Made by a program: the position numbers and the translations under genes
Part shown: positions 38,086 to 47,576 of the stretch, in pieces
Layout of the letters: each line of letters starts with the position of its first letter
How positions within the stretch are numbered: position 1 is the stretch's first letter
Origin: Candidatus Micrarchaeota archaeon
GTDB lineage: Archaea; Micrarchaeota; Micrarchaeia; Norongarragalinales; UBA8480
Direction: 5' to 3'
Length of the DNA stretch: 64,000 nucleotides
NCBI GenBank assembly: GCA_021812145.1
Contig: JAKAOM010000003.1
Coordinates: forward strand, 11,737 to 75,736
The notes under the pieces: model-generated
Told to the model about the DNA's origin: nothing
Databases searched by the model: none
What the model saw: only the letters and a program-made list of their open reading frames with translations

Positions 38086-38209
38086 TTCAAAAATAGAAAT
38101 AGACTTTTTCAAGGGAAGCGTCAGGGAGTTCAAGCGTTTTCAACGCATAGTAGGCGTTTTCGTAAAATACGGTTTTGGAGGCGTTTTATCAAAAATTTCA
38201 GAACTCGGA

Positions 38210-39736
38210 GTGCACGAAAGGCAGAAAATACAAAAACTGCCTGAAGGAGTGCGGTTGAGACTGGCTTTGAACGAGCTAGGGCCAGCGTTCATAAAACTCG
38301 GCCAGCTTTTAAGCACAAGAACAGATTTCTTCCAGAAAGAAGTTGTCGACGAGCTTGAAAAACTAGATGACAACGCCGAACCATTCGACTTCTCTGAAGT
38401 TGAAAAAATCTTCAGCGAGGAAACAGGCTTGAAAATAAGCGAAGCGTTCAAAAGCTTTGAAAAAAAACCAATAGCATCAGCGTCAATAGCTCAGGTACAC
38501 AAAGCTGTTCTGAAAAACGGTTCTGTGGTAGCAGTAAAAGTTCAAAGGCCCAACGCAGAGGAAGAATTCAAGACAGACGTTGAAATTCTGAAGCAAGCCG
38601 CAACCCTCATTGAGAAATATTTCGAGGAAGCGAGAATATACAACCCCTCTTTAATGGTGGAGGAGTTCGAAAGAAGCGTAAACCGAGAGCTGGACTTTAG
38701 AGTAGAAGCTAGAAACGCGGAAAGGTTCAGGAACAACTTCAAGCAATTCAAGGACGTTCTAATTCCAAAAGTTCATTCAACTCTAAGCGGGAGGAAAATA
38801 CTTGTTCTGGACTTCGCCGAAGGTGTTTCGGCAAAGCAGCTTAAAGCATCCGCCAAAGAAAAAAAGGAGTTGGCCGAAAAAATAACCTTCCTCATAAGCA
38901 AGCAAATCTTTATCGACGGGTTCTTCAACGCCGACCCGCACCAGGGTAACTTCCTATTCACCAAAAAGAAAGTGGCGATGATAGACTTTGGAATGGTAGG
39001 TTTTGTCGACGACGAAATGAAGGAGATAATAGGAGGGTTGTACTCCAACCTGGTTCAGAAAAACCTTGACGCTTTCATGGATAATTTTGTTAAAATATCC
39101 AAAATATCAGACGAGTCGGACGTGGAAAGCTTCAAAAGCGAAATGAACGACTTCATAGAGGAATTCTACGGCGTAACGCCAAACCAGATAGAAATAGGAA
39201 GAATCTTCTTTGAGTTAAGCTCCATGGCAAGAAGATACAAAATCTCAATAAACCCGAAGTTTTTGCTTCTTGCAAAAGTATTCGTAAGCCTTGAAGGAAT
39301 GCAGAAAACCCTTGATCCAGACTTCAACATGATAGAAAACGCAAAAATCTTCATAAAAGAAGTGGCCAAAGAACAATCCAAACCTTCGAATATCGCAAAG
39401 AAAACAATGAAAAACCTATCCTCAATCCAAACCTTCCTAACAACCTTCCCGCCTAAAATAACGCAGATACTTGACAAGGCAGGCTCCGGCAAATTCAAAA
39501 TGGAGTTTGAACACGTAGGACTTGAAAAACCTGTTTACAGAATAGACCGGGCGGTAAACAAAGTCTCAATAAGCATGATAATAGCCGCGCTTCTGGTTTC
39601 AAGCTCCCTGATAATACTCGCAAAGGCAGGCCCGCTATTCGACGGTTTTTCTATTCTTGGGTTTTTTGGGCTTGCGTTGGCGTTGTTTCTAAGCTTTTGG
39701 CTGGCCACCGCAATACTTCTTGAAGGAGAATTCTAA
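38210..39736 (+). CDS. ubiB: UbiB/ABC1 (AarF) atypical kinase family protein with 2 C-terminal TM helices
   Basis: LRLALNELGPAFIKLGQLLSTRTDFF, ASIAQVHKA, FNADPHQGNF, IDFGMVG. The frame is open from 38063 and encodes a family-typical N-terminus, but the first canonical start is the GTG at 38210. Confidence 0.85.
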   Translation: MHERQKIQKLPEGVRLRLALNELGPAFIKLGQLLSTRTDFFQKEVVDELEKLDDNAEPFDFSEVEKIFSEETGLKISEAFKSFEKKPIASASIAQVHKAVLKNGSVVAVKVQRPNAEEEFKTDVEILKQAATLIEKYFEEARIYNPSLMVEEFERSVNRELDFRVEARNAERFRNNFKQFKDVLIPKVHSTLSGRKILVLDFAEGVSAKQLKASAKEKKELAEKITFLISKQIFIDGFFNADPHQGNFLFTKKKVAMIDFGMVGFVDDEMKEIIGGLYSNLVQKNLDAFMDNFVKISKISDESDVESFKSEMNDFIEEFYGVTPNQIEIGRIFFELSSMARRYKISINPKFLLLAKVFVSLEGMQKTLDPDFNMIENAKIFIKEVAKEQSKPSNIAKKTMKNLSSIQTFLTTFPPKITQILDKAGSGKFKMEFEHVGLEKPVYRIDRAVNKVSISMIIAALLVSSSLIILAKAGPLFDGFSILGFFGLALALFLSFWLATAILLEGEF

Positions 39737-40536
39737 ACCCTGCTTTTTAAACCGCTTATCTGCTTTGCAATCTCCCTAACTCCCTTAGCCCTCTGCTCGG
39801 CGAATATTATAACAAAAAGATAAGCTAAACCGCCGGCTATAAAAGCGGCAAGCATTGAAACCTCGGTTGCGAAAAAACCGTCGTAAACAGAAAGAAACAC
39901 TATAGATAGTATTGAAAAACCATACACAAATTCGAACAATCTTGTCTTGACAGTGGATATCGCAATCACAACCATGGCAAGTATAACCATGTCTATAACC
40001 AAGTCAAGCAATTCAGGAACATAACTATATATCCCGTAAGCCTGAGTGATTACTGTGTTTACAGACCCGAGCATGTAAAAGAAGGAAATAACCATTATGA
40101 TTAAAATCAATATCAAATCCATTATCTTTCTCCTATTCAATTGGACGAATATCTCGTTAATGAAAAAATACGCGGCTGCAGCCAGCATTATATGCCCCGC
40201 AAGGTTGAGAAAATCCCCTGCAAACAACGGAAGCACGTTAAACGCGAAAAGCAAATAACTAATTTCGCTCAAAATAAGAAAAATAGAAGAATAGTACGCG
40301 AAAGATAACCCCCTGCTTTTAAGCCTTATATTGTAAAGAGAAGCCGCCATCACTATAGATCCTGCAAGCAAGCCTATGAAAAAAATAATTTCAAGCAATT
40401 CGGACGGGATTACCCCTGAAAAAACGGACGCTAAAATCAAAGCCAGAATAATTCCGTACGCAAAACTGAATTTTCCCATAATTAACTTACGATTGATAAT
40501 TTTTAATATCTTTCCATTAAACGCAAAATATTTCAA
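39733..40536 (-). CDS. Polytopic membrane protein (7-8 TM)
   Basis: Hydrophobic throughout. The start may be the internal MGKFSFAYG. Confidence 0.5.
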   Translation of the reverse strand: MKYFAFNGKILKIINRKLIMGKFSFAYGIILALILASVFSGVIPSELLEIIFFIGLLAGSIVMAASLYNIRLKSRGLSFAYYSSIFLILSEISYLLFAFNVLPLFAGDFLNLAGHIMLAAAAYFFINEIFVQLNRRKIMDLILILIIMVISFFYMLGSVNTVITQAYGIYSYVPELLDLVIDMVILAMVVIAISTVKTRLFEFVYGFSILSIVFLSVYDGFFATEVSMLAAFIAGGLAYLFVIIFAEQRAKGVREIAKQISGLKSRV

Positions 40537-40547
40537 AAAGGTTAAAA

Positions 40548-41366
40548 ATGCATTCCATGGAAAAATTTAAAATGACTCACTTCTTAGCATATATGATGAA
40601 AGATAAAGGGAGCGGCTTTCAATTTGTACTCTTGGGGCTGGTTATAGCCGTTTTAGGGTCAATTCCGTACTTTTTCAGCATTATCCCAAACTCATTCTAC
40701 AACCTTTACTCAGATATAATGTTCTTACTTCTTTTAGGTTTGATACTATTAACCTTCACAAAAGTTAAAAGAACCTTTCCAAGCCTGAAATATTTCAACT
40801 ACGGAATACTGCTAATGTTCATAGCAACAATATTCAGGCTATTCTCAGATTTAGGTATTATACCCGTCTCCTTAAGCGTGATCCTAATCGCCATAGCCTA
40901 CGTTACGATTCTGGCAAGCGCTCTGAACATTTTCTCCGACGTGTTCATCCCCAAACAATACGAGAACGCTGCCATAGCAACAATGCTTGTAATATTCATA
41001 ATAGCGCTGGCTTTTCAATTTCACTCGTTTTACTTCTCCGGAATACCCTCGCTTCAGAAAATCTACTACCTTTTAATACAACCCGCTGATTTGATAATGA
41101 TGCTTTCAACAATACTTCTCGTAATAATAATAAACTCAAAGCTTTTCCTTAAAGTGTACGGATGGCTTATTCTGGCGTTCATTCTGCTTTTCATTTCCGA
41201 CTTCTTCGGAGTTGGGAGCAGGGTGACTGTTTTGCACAACGCTTGGGATTTAAGAGACGTTTTGGTATTCATAGTATATCTGTGCTTCATAAACTTCATA
41301 AGACAGCATATAGACGTCAACCTTGAAGAATTCTTCAAGCCAGCCAAAATAATCCACAAAACCTGA
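40548..41366 (+). CDS. Polytopic membrane protein (7-8 TM), divergent from 39733..40536
   Basis: Similar in size and TM layout to its divergently transcribed neighbour. Confidence 0.5.
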   Translation: MHSMEKFKMTHFLAYMMKDKGSGFQFVLLGLVIAVLGSIPYFFSIIPNSFYNLYSDIMFLLLLGLILLTFTKVKRTFPSLKYFNYGILLMFIATIFRLFSDLGIIPVSLSVILIAIAYVTILASALNIFSDVFIPKQYENAAIATMLVIFIIALAFQFHSFYFSGIPSLQKIYYLLIQPADLIMMLSTILLVIIINSKLFLKVYGWLILAFILLFISDFFGVGSRVTVLHNAWDLRDVLVFIVYLCFINFIRQHIDVNLEEFFKPAKIIHKT

Positions 41367-41437
41367 AACCTCTCTTTTTAAGCAACTCAAAACCTAAATA
41401 AAAAAACTTAAAAACATAAAAAACTCTAAAACAGTTA

Positions 41438-42457
41438 ATGAAGCAGGCGGATTTTTTCGAAGGAATAAACGAGAAAAAAATGAGCGAAGCTCTGAAGCAA
41501 GCGCTTTCCTCAATACCTACTATTGCAAAGGCTAGCGTCAGAATAGCTGAGGACTGCGAGCCCGGTGAGATACATCTTATAATACCAAGGGGAAACATGA
41601 TACTGCACGACGCGGTCAAGGAAGCAATGTCAAATCAAGACAAAAAAGTTAAAAGAATAATAGTGCCCGTAACCCAAGTAGGGTCATACCTTCCTGGAGA
41701 GCTTGAGGAAATACTGATGCAAAAACTTGAAAAAATACCGCCAAACTCAACCCTGCACTACCTAGACGAGTGCGAAACAGGAGACAACAGCGTTCAACTA
41801 TCCAAAGCGCTTAAAAAAATAGGTGATAATTTAAAACTAAACCTAAAAATAGACTTGGTTGCAAGCCACGGAGGTTCGAAAATAACAAAAGAAAACATGA
41901 AAAAACTCAAAGAATTAAACGCCAAAATCCACCCGGTAACAGAAACCCCCTGGATGGACAACCCCCCAATAGAAGGCTACTTTTGGGCCAAGGATTTTCT
42001 CGATGTTTCAAAAATACTTGAAGGTATAAGCGAAAAAAACGCAAAAAAGATAAATAAAACGTTCAACTCGATAATGTACTCTCAGCACGATTGGGTAAAG
42101 AATAGAAAGACAAAAACGCTTAAAATAATAAGATACGACTCGCCAGAATACCTTGAAAGGCCGTTCCAAACGCTTAAAGCACTGCACAAAGCCTTCAAAA
42201 AAACCAAGCTGGACAAAAAATACCGCGTTGCCTTGGACAGAAAAAACAGGATTATATACATAAACGACAAACCTACGCGCGCAAGCCAACTTCTAGAACC
42301 CTCCCAATTAACTTCAGATATTTTCAAGAAGGAAGATCCAAACAGAAAAATAGACAAATACACCCTTCTAAGAGTCGGCCACCCCTACTCTGAAGCTGCT
42401 TTTAAATACAGAGAACAATTGTTTAACGAAATTAAAAGACTATCAATAAAAAGTTAA
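41438..42457 (+). CDS. Hypothetical protein, weak PRTase-like pattern
   Basis: KRIIVPVTQVGSYLPGEL and TLHYLDECETGDNSVQLSKAL loosely resemble the hood and PRPP-loop of type I phosphoribosyltransferases. Confidence 0.3.
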   Translation: MKQADFFEGINEKKMSEALKQALSSIPTIAKASVRIAEDCEPGEIHLIIPRGNMILHDAVKEAMSNQDKKVKRIIVPVTQVGSYLPGELEEILMQKLEKIPPNSTLHYLDECETGDNSVQLSKALKKIGDNLKLNLKIDLVASHGGSKITKENMKKLKELNAKIHPVTETPWMDNPPIEGYFWAKDFLDVSKILEGISEKNAKKINKTFNSIMYSQHDWVKNRKTKTLKIIRYDSPEYLERPFQTLKALHKAFKKTKLDKKYRVALDRKNRIIYINDKPTRASQLLEPSQLTSDIFKKEDPNRKIDKYTLLRVGHPYSEAAFKYREQLFNEIKRLSIKS

Positions 42458-42490
42458 AAAAACACAAATTTGAAACGTGAATTAAAAAAA

Positions 42491-43291
42491 ATGGAAAACC
42501 AGCAAGAAACGGCAAGAAAAATAGTAAAAAGCACGGCTGAAATACTAAAAGAAGTAAAACCTGAAGATAAAATCATATTCCTAGGAAGGGACGCCCTACC
42601 CCACTATGTCACGGCAAGAAAACTTGCTGAATCGATGAATATAGACAGAAGTCAAGTGAAGTTGGTCCAGTCAGGTAAGTTCATGCTTCAAGCAGCAAAC
42701 CACAACCCTGCTGAAAAAAGCAGCCAAAACAGGAAAAACCTTGAAAAATACCTAAAAAAGCTGGAACTTCAGAAAACAATGGAAAAAGAGGGAAAAGTAT
42801 TGATAGTGGACACTGGAATTGGAGGAACTCAGGTGAAAGCGCTTGAAAAAATAATACACCAAATGCACAAGGGAGTAAAAACCCAGAAAAAGCTGATTAT
42901 ATCATCCAACCCCTACATACAGGGGGTGGAAAAAACCGTTCCGCTTCACCTAAAAGATGAAAAAATCAAGAAAATATTTGAAAAAAGAAAGAGAAAACAA
43001 TTGAGAAAGGGTAAAGAAATCGAAGACAGCAAAAAATTGTTTGAAGAGCTAAAAGACAGACAGGAAGAATTCTATGAAAAAGCGGTGACCGACGTGCTGA
43101 GACTGGAAAACCTGCCTAAACTAACTGTGCCCATAAGCGGTTATGATAAAAAAGGAAAACCAATATATAAAGGAAAAATAGAGCCGGGAGATCCACCGCC
43201 AAACTTCCAGGAATACAAAGAATTCAACCAGAAACTCTCAGACGAGATAACAAAATATATTGGAAAAATTAAACGCTTAAAAAAAGCTTAA
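42491..43291 (+). CDS. Hypothetical protein, weak PRTase-like pattern (distant paralog of 41438..42457?)
   Basis: DKIIFLGRDALPHYVTARKLAE and GKVLIVDTGIGGTQVKALEKII resemble the PRPP-binding VLIVDD..TG.T. The ATG at 42491 is preferred over the TTG at 42470. Confidence 0.3.
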   Translation: MENQQETARKIVKSTAEILKEVKPEDKIIFLGRDALPHYVTARKLAESMNIDRSQVKLVQSGKFMLQAANHNPAEKSSQNRKNLEKYLKKLELQKTMEKEGKVLIVDTGIGGTQVKALEKIIHQMHKGVKTQKKLIISSNPYIQGVEKTVPLHLKDEKIKKIFEKRKRKQLRKGKEIEDSKKLFEELKDRQEEFYEKAVTDVLRLENLPKLTVPISGYDKKGKPIYKGKIEPGDPPPNFQEYKEFNQKLSDEITKYIGKIKRLKKA

Positions 43292-43668
43292 TTCTTGAAA
43301 ACTCCCTTAAAAGACTTACTACTTCCAAATAAACTCCTGTACCTGGAGTTAAGAGAAGAATGATACTCTGAAGCTGACCTCCTAACGTCAGGATTGCGGA
43401 ACTCGCGGCTTACATTTTTAAGAGTTTTCAAAGCGTGATCCCAAACAACCAAACTCCTGTTTTTTGAAGCAGTGCTGCTGATTTCGTTCAGTTCACGCTG
43501 AGCCAATAAAACAAGGTTGGGGTGAACCCTCCACTCCTCCTGAACAGGATTTAACTTCATAATATTTTCATGCATCTTGTCAATCTTTCTAATCTCCCTG
43601 CGCTCCCCAACAGCGCTTACATAATTCTTCAACCTTTCAAAAGCCATGGTAAAAATAGTGACGCTCAA
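43288..43668 (-). CDS. Hypothetical protein
   Basis: 126-aa ORF with T/G-ending codon bias, which fits a genuine minus-strand gene in this half of the window. Confidence 0.45.
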   Translation of the reverse strand: MSVTIFTMAFERLKNYVSAVGERREIRKIDKMHENIMKLNPVQEEWRVHPNLVLLAQRELNEISSTASKNRSLVVWDHALKTLKNVSREFRNPDVRRSASEYHSSLNSRYRSLFGSSKSFKGVFKN

Positions 43669-43718
43669 TCTTTTAAACCTTTTTCAACCCTAATAAAACA
43701 ACATTTGCAAACAAAACG

Positions 43719-43928
43719 GTGACAAGATTGAAAGAAAAAGAACGCAAACCAACCTTCAACGACGCGCCTAAACCCAACGGATTTCTAAAACACCCTTCTT
43801 TCACGCCAGACCATCCTTCTTTCATGCCTAAACCCCACGGCGTGACGCCGCAATTCCCAAAAATCGAAGTGCCAAAACCAGAAAGCGTCAACGGCTTTAA
43901 AATCAAAAAAGATTCCAACCGCAAATAA
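43719..43928 (+). CDS. Small Pro/Lys-rich hypothetical protein
   Basis: GTG start. I prefer it to the antisense 43673..43924 ORF on codon bias only. Confidence 0.3.
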   Translation: MTRLKEKERKPTFNDAPKPNGFLKHPSFTPDHPSFMPKPHGVTPQFPKIEVPKPESVNGFKIKKDSNRK

Positions 43929-43982
43929 ACATTACCCTAAAACAACCGACAATTATAAAAACAATTCAACCCCCAGAAATAA

Positions 43983-44846
43983 ATGATGTCCCTACACTTT
44001 TTAAGTCAAATAAACGAATGCAAAAACACGGACGAATTTGTAAAACTTCTAATACCCACCTTGCGAAACGGAAAAATAACCGTTAAAAGAAAACTTACAG
44101 AACAAGAAAAAAGAAAACTGAGAGCGCCAGCAGACTACGTTACCCAACTAGTATTCTATGAAAAGGGAGAAGCTAAAATACCCTTTGAGCAAAAGCACAA
44201 GATAATACTTCACTTTCAAAGAATGTACCACGGCAACAACTACAAATATCAAATGGCAGTAGGCAAATATTCAACCGCGCTTGAAAACCAGGATATGAGA
44301 GACACCTACACCGCAGATTTTATAGCCAACAGAAAACCATACAGCGGAACGGTCATAGAGAACCTCAAAATACCTATGGAAACCATAGAAAAACTAAACC
44401 CTGAAATAATAGATCGAAACGGAACGCCAGTCGCAGTCATAGAACTAACCCAGGAACAGGTAAACCGGATAACTCCCTACTCCAATGCAGGAAACTTTCT
44501 ATGGAAACTCACCGGCTACCTACGATTCCACGCAGGAGAAAAAACAGAAAAAGACAAAAAAATACTTGAATCCTACTTTAAAGGACAAAAAGACGGTGTT
44601 AAAACCTACCTCCCTGAATTCTTCGAAAAATTCATAAGATCAAACCAGAACCAATTAAAAGAAATAATAAACTCTGAAAAAACAAAGGAAAAAATAGCAG
44701 ACGAAGTATCGCGAAAATACGGCATACAACTAAGCGGGTACAAAATAGAAAGCTTCGCAAAACTAGAAAACTACCTCAAAAGAATACCAAAAACAGAAAA
44801 ACAGGCGATGCTAAAAGAAATAGAAGAAATTCAGGTAAGAAGATAA
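43983..44846 (+). CDS. Hypothetical protein (287 aa)
   Basis: No motif recognised. Its stop overlaps the start of the MazG-like gene (ATAATG). Confidence 0.5.
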   Translation: MMSLHFLSQINECKNTDEFVKLLIPTLRNGKITVKRKLTEQEKRKLRAPADYVTQLVFYEKGEAKIPFEQKHKIILHFQRMYHGNNYKYQMAVGKYSTALENQDMRDTYTADFIANRKPYSGTVIENLKIPMETIEKLNPEIIDRNGTPVAVIELTQEQVNRITPYSNAGNFLWKLTGYLRFHAGEKTEKDKKILESYFKGQKDGVKTYLPEFFEKFIRSNQNQLKEIINSEKTKEKIADEVSRKYGIQLSGYKIESFAKLENYLKRIPKTEKQAMLKEIEEIQVRR

Positions 44847-45151
44847 TGAAGAACTACAAGCTCGTAAGAGACAAAATACCTGAAATAATAAGAAAAAAAG
44901 GGTTAAAACCAATAACGCACGCCGCGTCAAAAAAAGAATACGAAACAAGACTAAGGGAAAAACTCGTAGAAGAAAGCAAGGAATTCCAGAAAAGCGGTGA
45001 AAACGAGGAACTCGCAGACATACTGGAAGTGATAAACGCGATAATAAAAACAAAGAAAACCACGATTAAAAAAATAGAGAAAATAAGAAAGCAAAAAAGA
45101 AAAGAAAGAGGATCATTCGGAAAAAAAATAATACTAAAAATAAACAGATGA
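44846..45151 (+). CDS. MazG-like all-alpha NTP pyrophosphohydrolase
   Basis: YKLVRDKIPEII...LREKLVEESKEF...EELADILEVINAI is the typical small MazG/house-cleaning NTP-PPase pattern. Confidence 0.7.
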   Translation: MKNYKLVRDKIPEIIRKKGLKPITHAASKKEYETRLREKLVEESKEFQKSGENEELADILEVINAIIKTKKTTIKKIEKIRKQKRKERGSFGKKIILKINR

Positions 45152-45214
45152 AAAATCACTCGGCGAAACAAACCGCGCTTTAACCAAATAACCGATTTTA
45201 GACATTAAAAAAGA

Positions 45215-45595
45215 TCAGCCAAAAGCCAGCCAAACAAGAATCGTCAAAACAACGCTGGAAACAAAAGAATAAATATGAATCTTCCTGGCCATAACCAAAT
45301 CCTTCAAATGACCCACTGTGCTTCCCACCTTCCCTCTCTTACCCCCAGAACCCTCAAAATCGTAAATTCCAGCCCTGGCGAAACCAGCGCAAAACTTGAA
45401 ATATCCCTGATACGCCCCTTCAAAACCAGCCATAAAAGGAAAAAAGGAAAGCCAAACCCAAAAACTACCCCTCAAAAAATAAACAAAAACAATAGCAACC
45501 AAAAAACCAACCAAACCAAGCAAATACCTCTTCCTAATCTCGTTCTTCCCAATATTGCAAACCCCTGGATTGTACAAAACCATTGATAAATACAA
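45215..45595 (-). CDS. Small membrane protein (3 TM)
   Basis: Hydrophobic segments are present. No family was assigned. Confidence 0.45.
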   Translation of the reverse strand: MYLSMVLYNPGVCNIGKNEIRKRYLLGLVGFLVAIVFVYFLRGSFWVWLSFFPFMAGFEGAYQGYFKFCAGFARAGIYDFEGSGGKRGKVGSTVGHLKDLVMARKIHIYSFVSSVVLTILVWLAFG

Positions 45596-45651
45596 CCGTT
45601 ACAACAATTTAAATGTTTGCAAAAACAGGCGAAGTCATGTAATAAACAAAT

Positions 45652-45831
45652 ATGAAACAAGAACCACCTATATTCATGCAAGATTCAAAAACATCTGAAA
45701 TACTAAAAGAAGTAAAGGAATGCATACCCCCAAAAACAAGAGTCTATATCGTAGGCGGTGCTATAAGAAACGCACTATATTTCAAAATATTCAACAAACC
45801 TCTCAAACCAACGAGGTTTTATGTAAACTGA
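45652..45831 (+). pseudogene. N-terminal fragment of a Pol-beta-type nucleotidyltransferase, truncated by an IS scar
   Basis: TRVYIVGGAIRNALYFKIFNKPLKPTR parallels FWLIGGFVYRTLASVWYGVARPVVDLD in 49630..50196. The reading frame ends before the expected DxD motif. Confidence 0.5.
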
Positions 45832-45905
45832 TAGCGTATAATATTACAGTGCTGATAAACGCTATTTACGAGCTAGGAATACAGCCAAACCTACTTAGAC
45901 TTTAA
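45798..45905 (+). mobile_element. 3'-terminal fragment of an IS related to the transposase at 62186..63376
   Basis: Encodes ..SQTNEVLCKLIAYNITVLINAIYELGIQPNLLRL*, against ..AQKNEALLKALCHNIVVLIHEINELGIPLNQ* at the C-terminus of the intact transposase. Confidence 0.55.
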
Positions 45906-45906
45906 T

Positions 45907-46299
45907 TTAGCGTGTTGGTCTTTTTGTCGAACGTTTCTCATAAAGTCGAGTTTCTGCAATATGATGTTCTCTGTCTGGAGCTACCACTCCATGAACAACT
46001 TCAAAAGCAACCGCTCGTTTACGATCTTCTAAAGGAATTTGCGATATTACCTCAGCAATGCTTGGCGCAAAGTGTCCCACTCCGTTAGGTTCATGAATAG
46101 TTTTAATTATTTTGTAAGGCTTTTGATTGATATCATACGCTATTTGTGTTAGTTTTGGGCTATATGTAAATGCACTATTGATAGGGTCTTCTTCCTCTAT
46201 GTAGCATAAATCTTTTCCTCTTCCAATTCTAATAACTGGTTTTATCCTTTTTGTAAGTTTCTTGAGATCAGCATTTGATATTTTTGGCATTCCTGACAT
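45907..46299 (-). CDS. Hypothetical protein (130 aa)
   Basis: ORF preceded by GGTGAT. No motif recognised. Confidence 0.5.
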   Translation of the reverse strand: MSGMPKISNADLKKLTKRIKPVIRIGRGKDLCYIEEEDPINSAFTYSPKLTQIAYDINQKPYKIIKTIHEPNGVGHFAPSIAEVISQIPLEDRKRAVAFEVVHGVVAPDREHHIAETRLYEKRSTKRPTR

Positions 46300-46566
46300 G
46301 TTATCACCTTATTATTAGAATTAACCTGTTTAAAAAGCTTTATTGTTGCTCAAAAAATCTTAAAAACGCTCAGAAAGTAGTTTTATAGAAGGAGTTTATG
46401 AGCAAAGCTACCTACGCTGGAGGAAAAATCAACGCTATAAAACTCGTGGAAAAGCTTGGAATAAACGAAAACATATTCAACTTCAAAGCAATAAAAAAAC
46501 TAAAAAAAAAACCAGTAATTACAACCTCGTAAAAATCAATACTAACACTAGAACAAGAAAAACAAA

Positions 46567-47160
46567 TTGACGAATACGGAAAACAAGCCAATCTTTTTCT
46601 CCTCAGGAACCCTGGAAACGCTCTTCTTCAACACGCCAATCACAGCCAAATTATCCATAATTACAGAATTAAACGCAAATAAGTTAAAAAAAGCACCACT
46701 CCAAAAACAAAAAAGCTTTAAAACCCTAACAAACACAATCCTTAAATCAATGGAAGAAACCCAAAAAATAATGAAAAACGCTGACTTAGAAAACGTAACG
46801 CTAAGACGCAAACTAATAAGCAACCTGCAAACCAAACTTGAAAAACTCGAAGCTAATCCAGAATACAATAATGAAAAAATAATAAACTGCTCAAAAAAAA
46901 TAGGCGCGGGACTCTTCCACTTGGCAAGAGACTACGGAAACAGGGAAGACTACAAAGACGCGGGAAAATACCTGCTAAAAGCAGTCAACCTAAGCGTTAA
47001 AAAAAAATCGCATACAGAAAAAGAACAAAACGAAATACTAAACATGACAAAAGCAGTGGTGGAATCATTCAACCAAACAGGACAAAAAACAAAAGCAAAA
47101 GACGCAAGCGAAATGCACAAGATAATATCATCAAGATTCAACAAAGAAAACCTAAAGTGA
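46567..47160 (+). CDS. Hypothetical K/N-rich protein
   Basis: TTG start in the track, so the true start is uncertain. Confidence 0.4.
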   Translation: MTNTENKPIFFSSGTLETLFFNTPITAKLSIITELNANKLKKAPLQKQKSFKTLTNTILKSMEETQKIMKNADLENVTLRRKLISNLQTKLEKLEANPEYNNEKIINCSKKIGAGLFHLARDYGNREDYKDAGKYLLKAVNLSVKKKSHTEKEQNEILNMTKAVVESFNQTGQKTKAKDASEMHKIISSRFNKENLK

Positions 47161-47244
47161 CTTTTACCAATTGACGGAATAAGAGACGCGTGGGAATTTG
47201 AAAACGACAAATACAACTTCTCATCCAATGAAACAAGCAAAAAA

Positions 47245-47478
47245 ATGAAAGCAAACCTCAACAAATTTGCGACAAAAATGAAAAGAATAATGAAAACGCG
47301 AGAACAAACACCTATCTTGAAAAAACCACACCTCCACCTACAAACCCACATAACAACAGGACCAAAAGAAAAAGACTTCATCACGCTAAGAGCAGAATTC
47401 AAAAACCTAGAAAACCCCTACCAACACACAGGCCTAAAACCAATCCCAATAAAAAAACCTAAAAAACCAAACATTTAA
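47245..47478 (+). CDS. Small basic hypothetical protein whose 3' end lies in direct repeat A
   Basis: Ends ..FKNLENPYQHTGLKPIPIKKPKKPNI. The peptide KNLENPYQHTGLKP recurs at 48842-48883. Confidence 0.3.
   Translation: MKANLNKFATKMKRIMKTREQTPILKKPHLHLQTHITTGPKEKDFITLRAEFKNLENPYQHTGLKPIPIKKPKKPNI
47401..47442 (+). repeat. 42-bp perfect direct repeat, copy A
   Basis: AAAAACCTAGAAAACCCCTACCAACACACAGGCCTAAAACCA, identical to 48842-48883. Confidence 0.9.
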
Positions 47479-47576
47479 ATACATAGTATACTATATAATA
47501 TTCATAAAATATACAATAGTATAATATATGATTAAAAAGTGATTTTAGAACGGATAGGGAAACTCTAAAACTGGTT

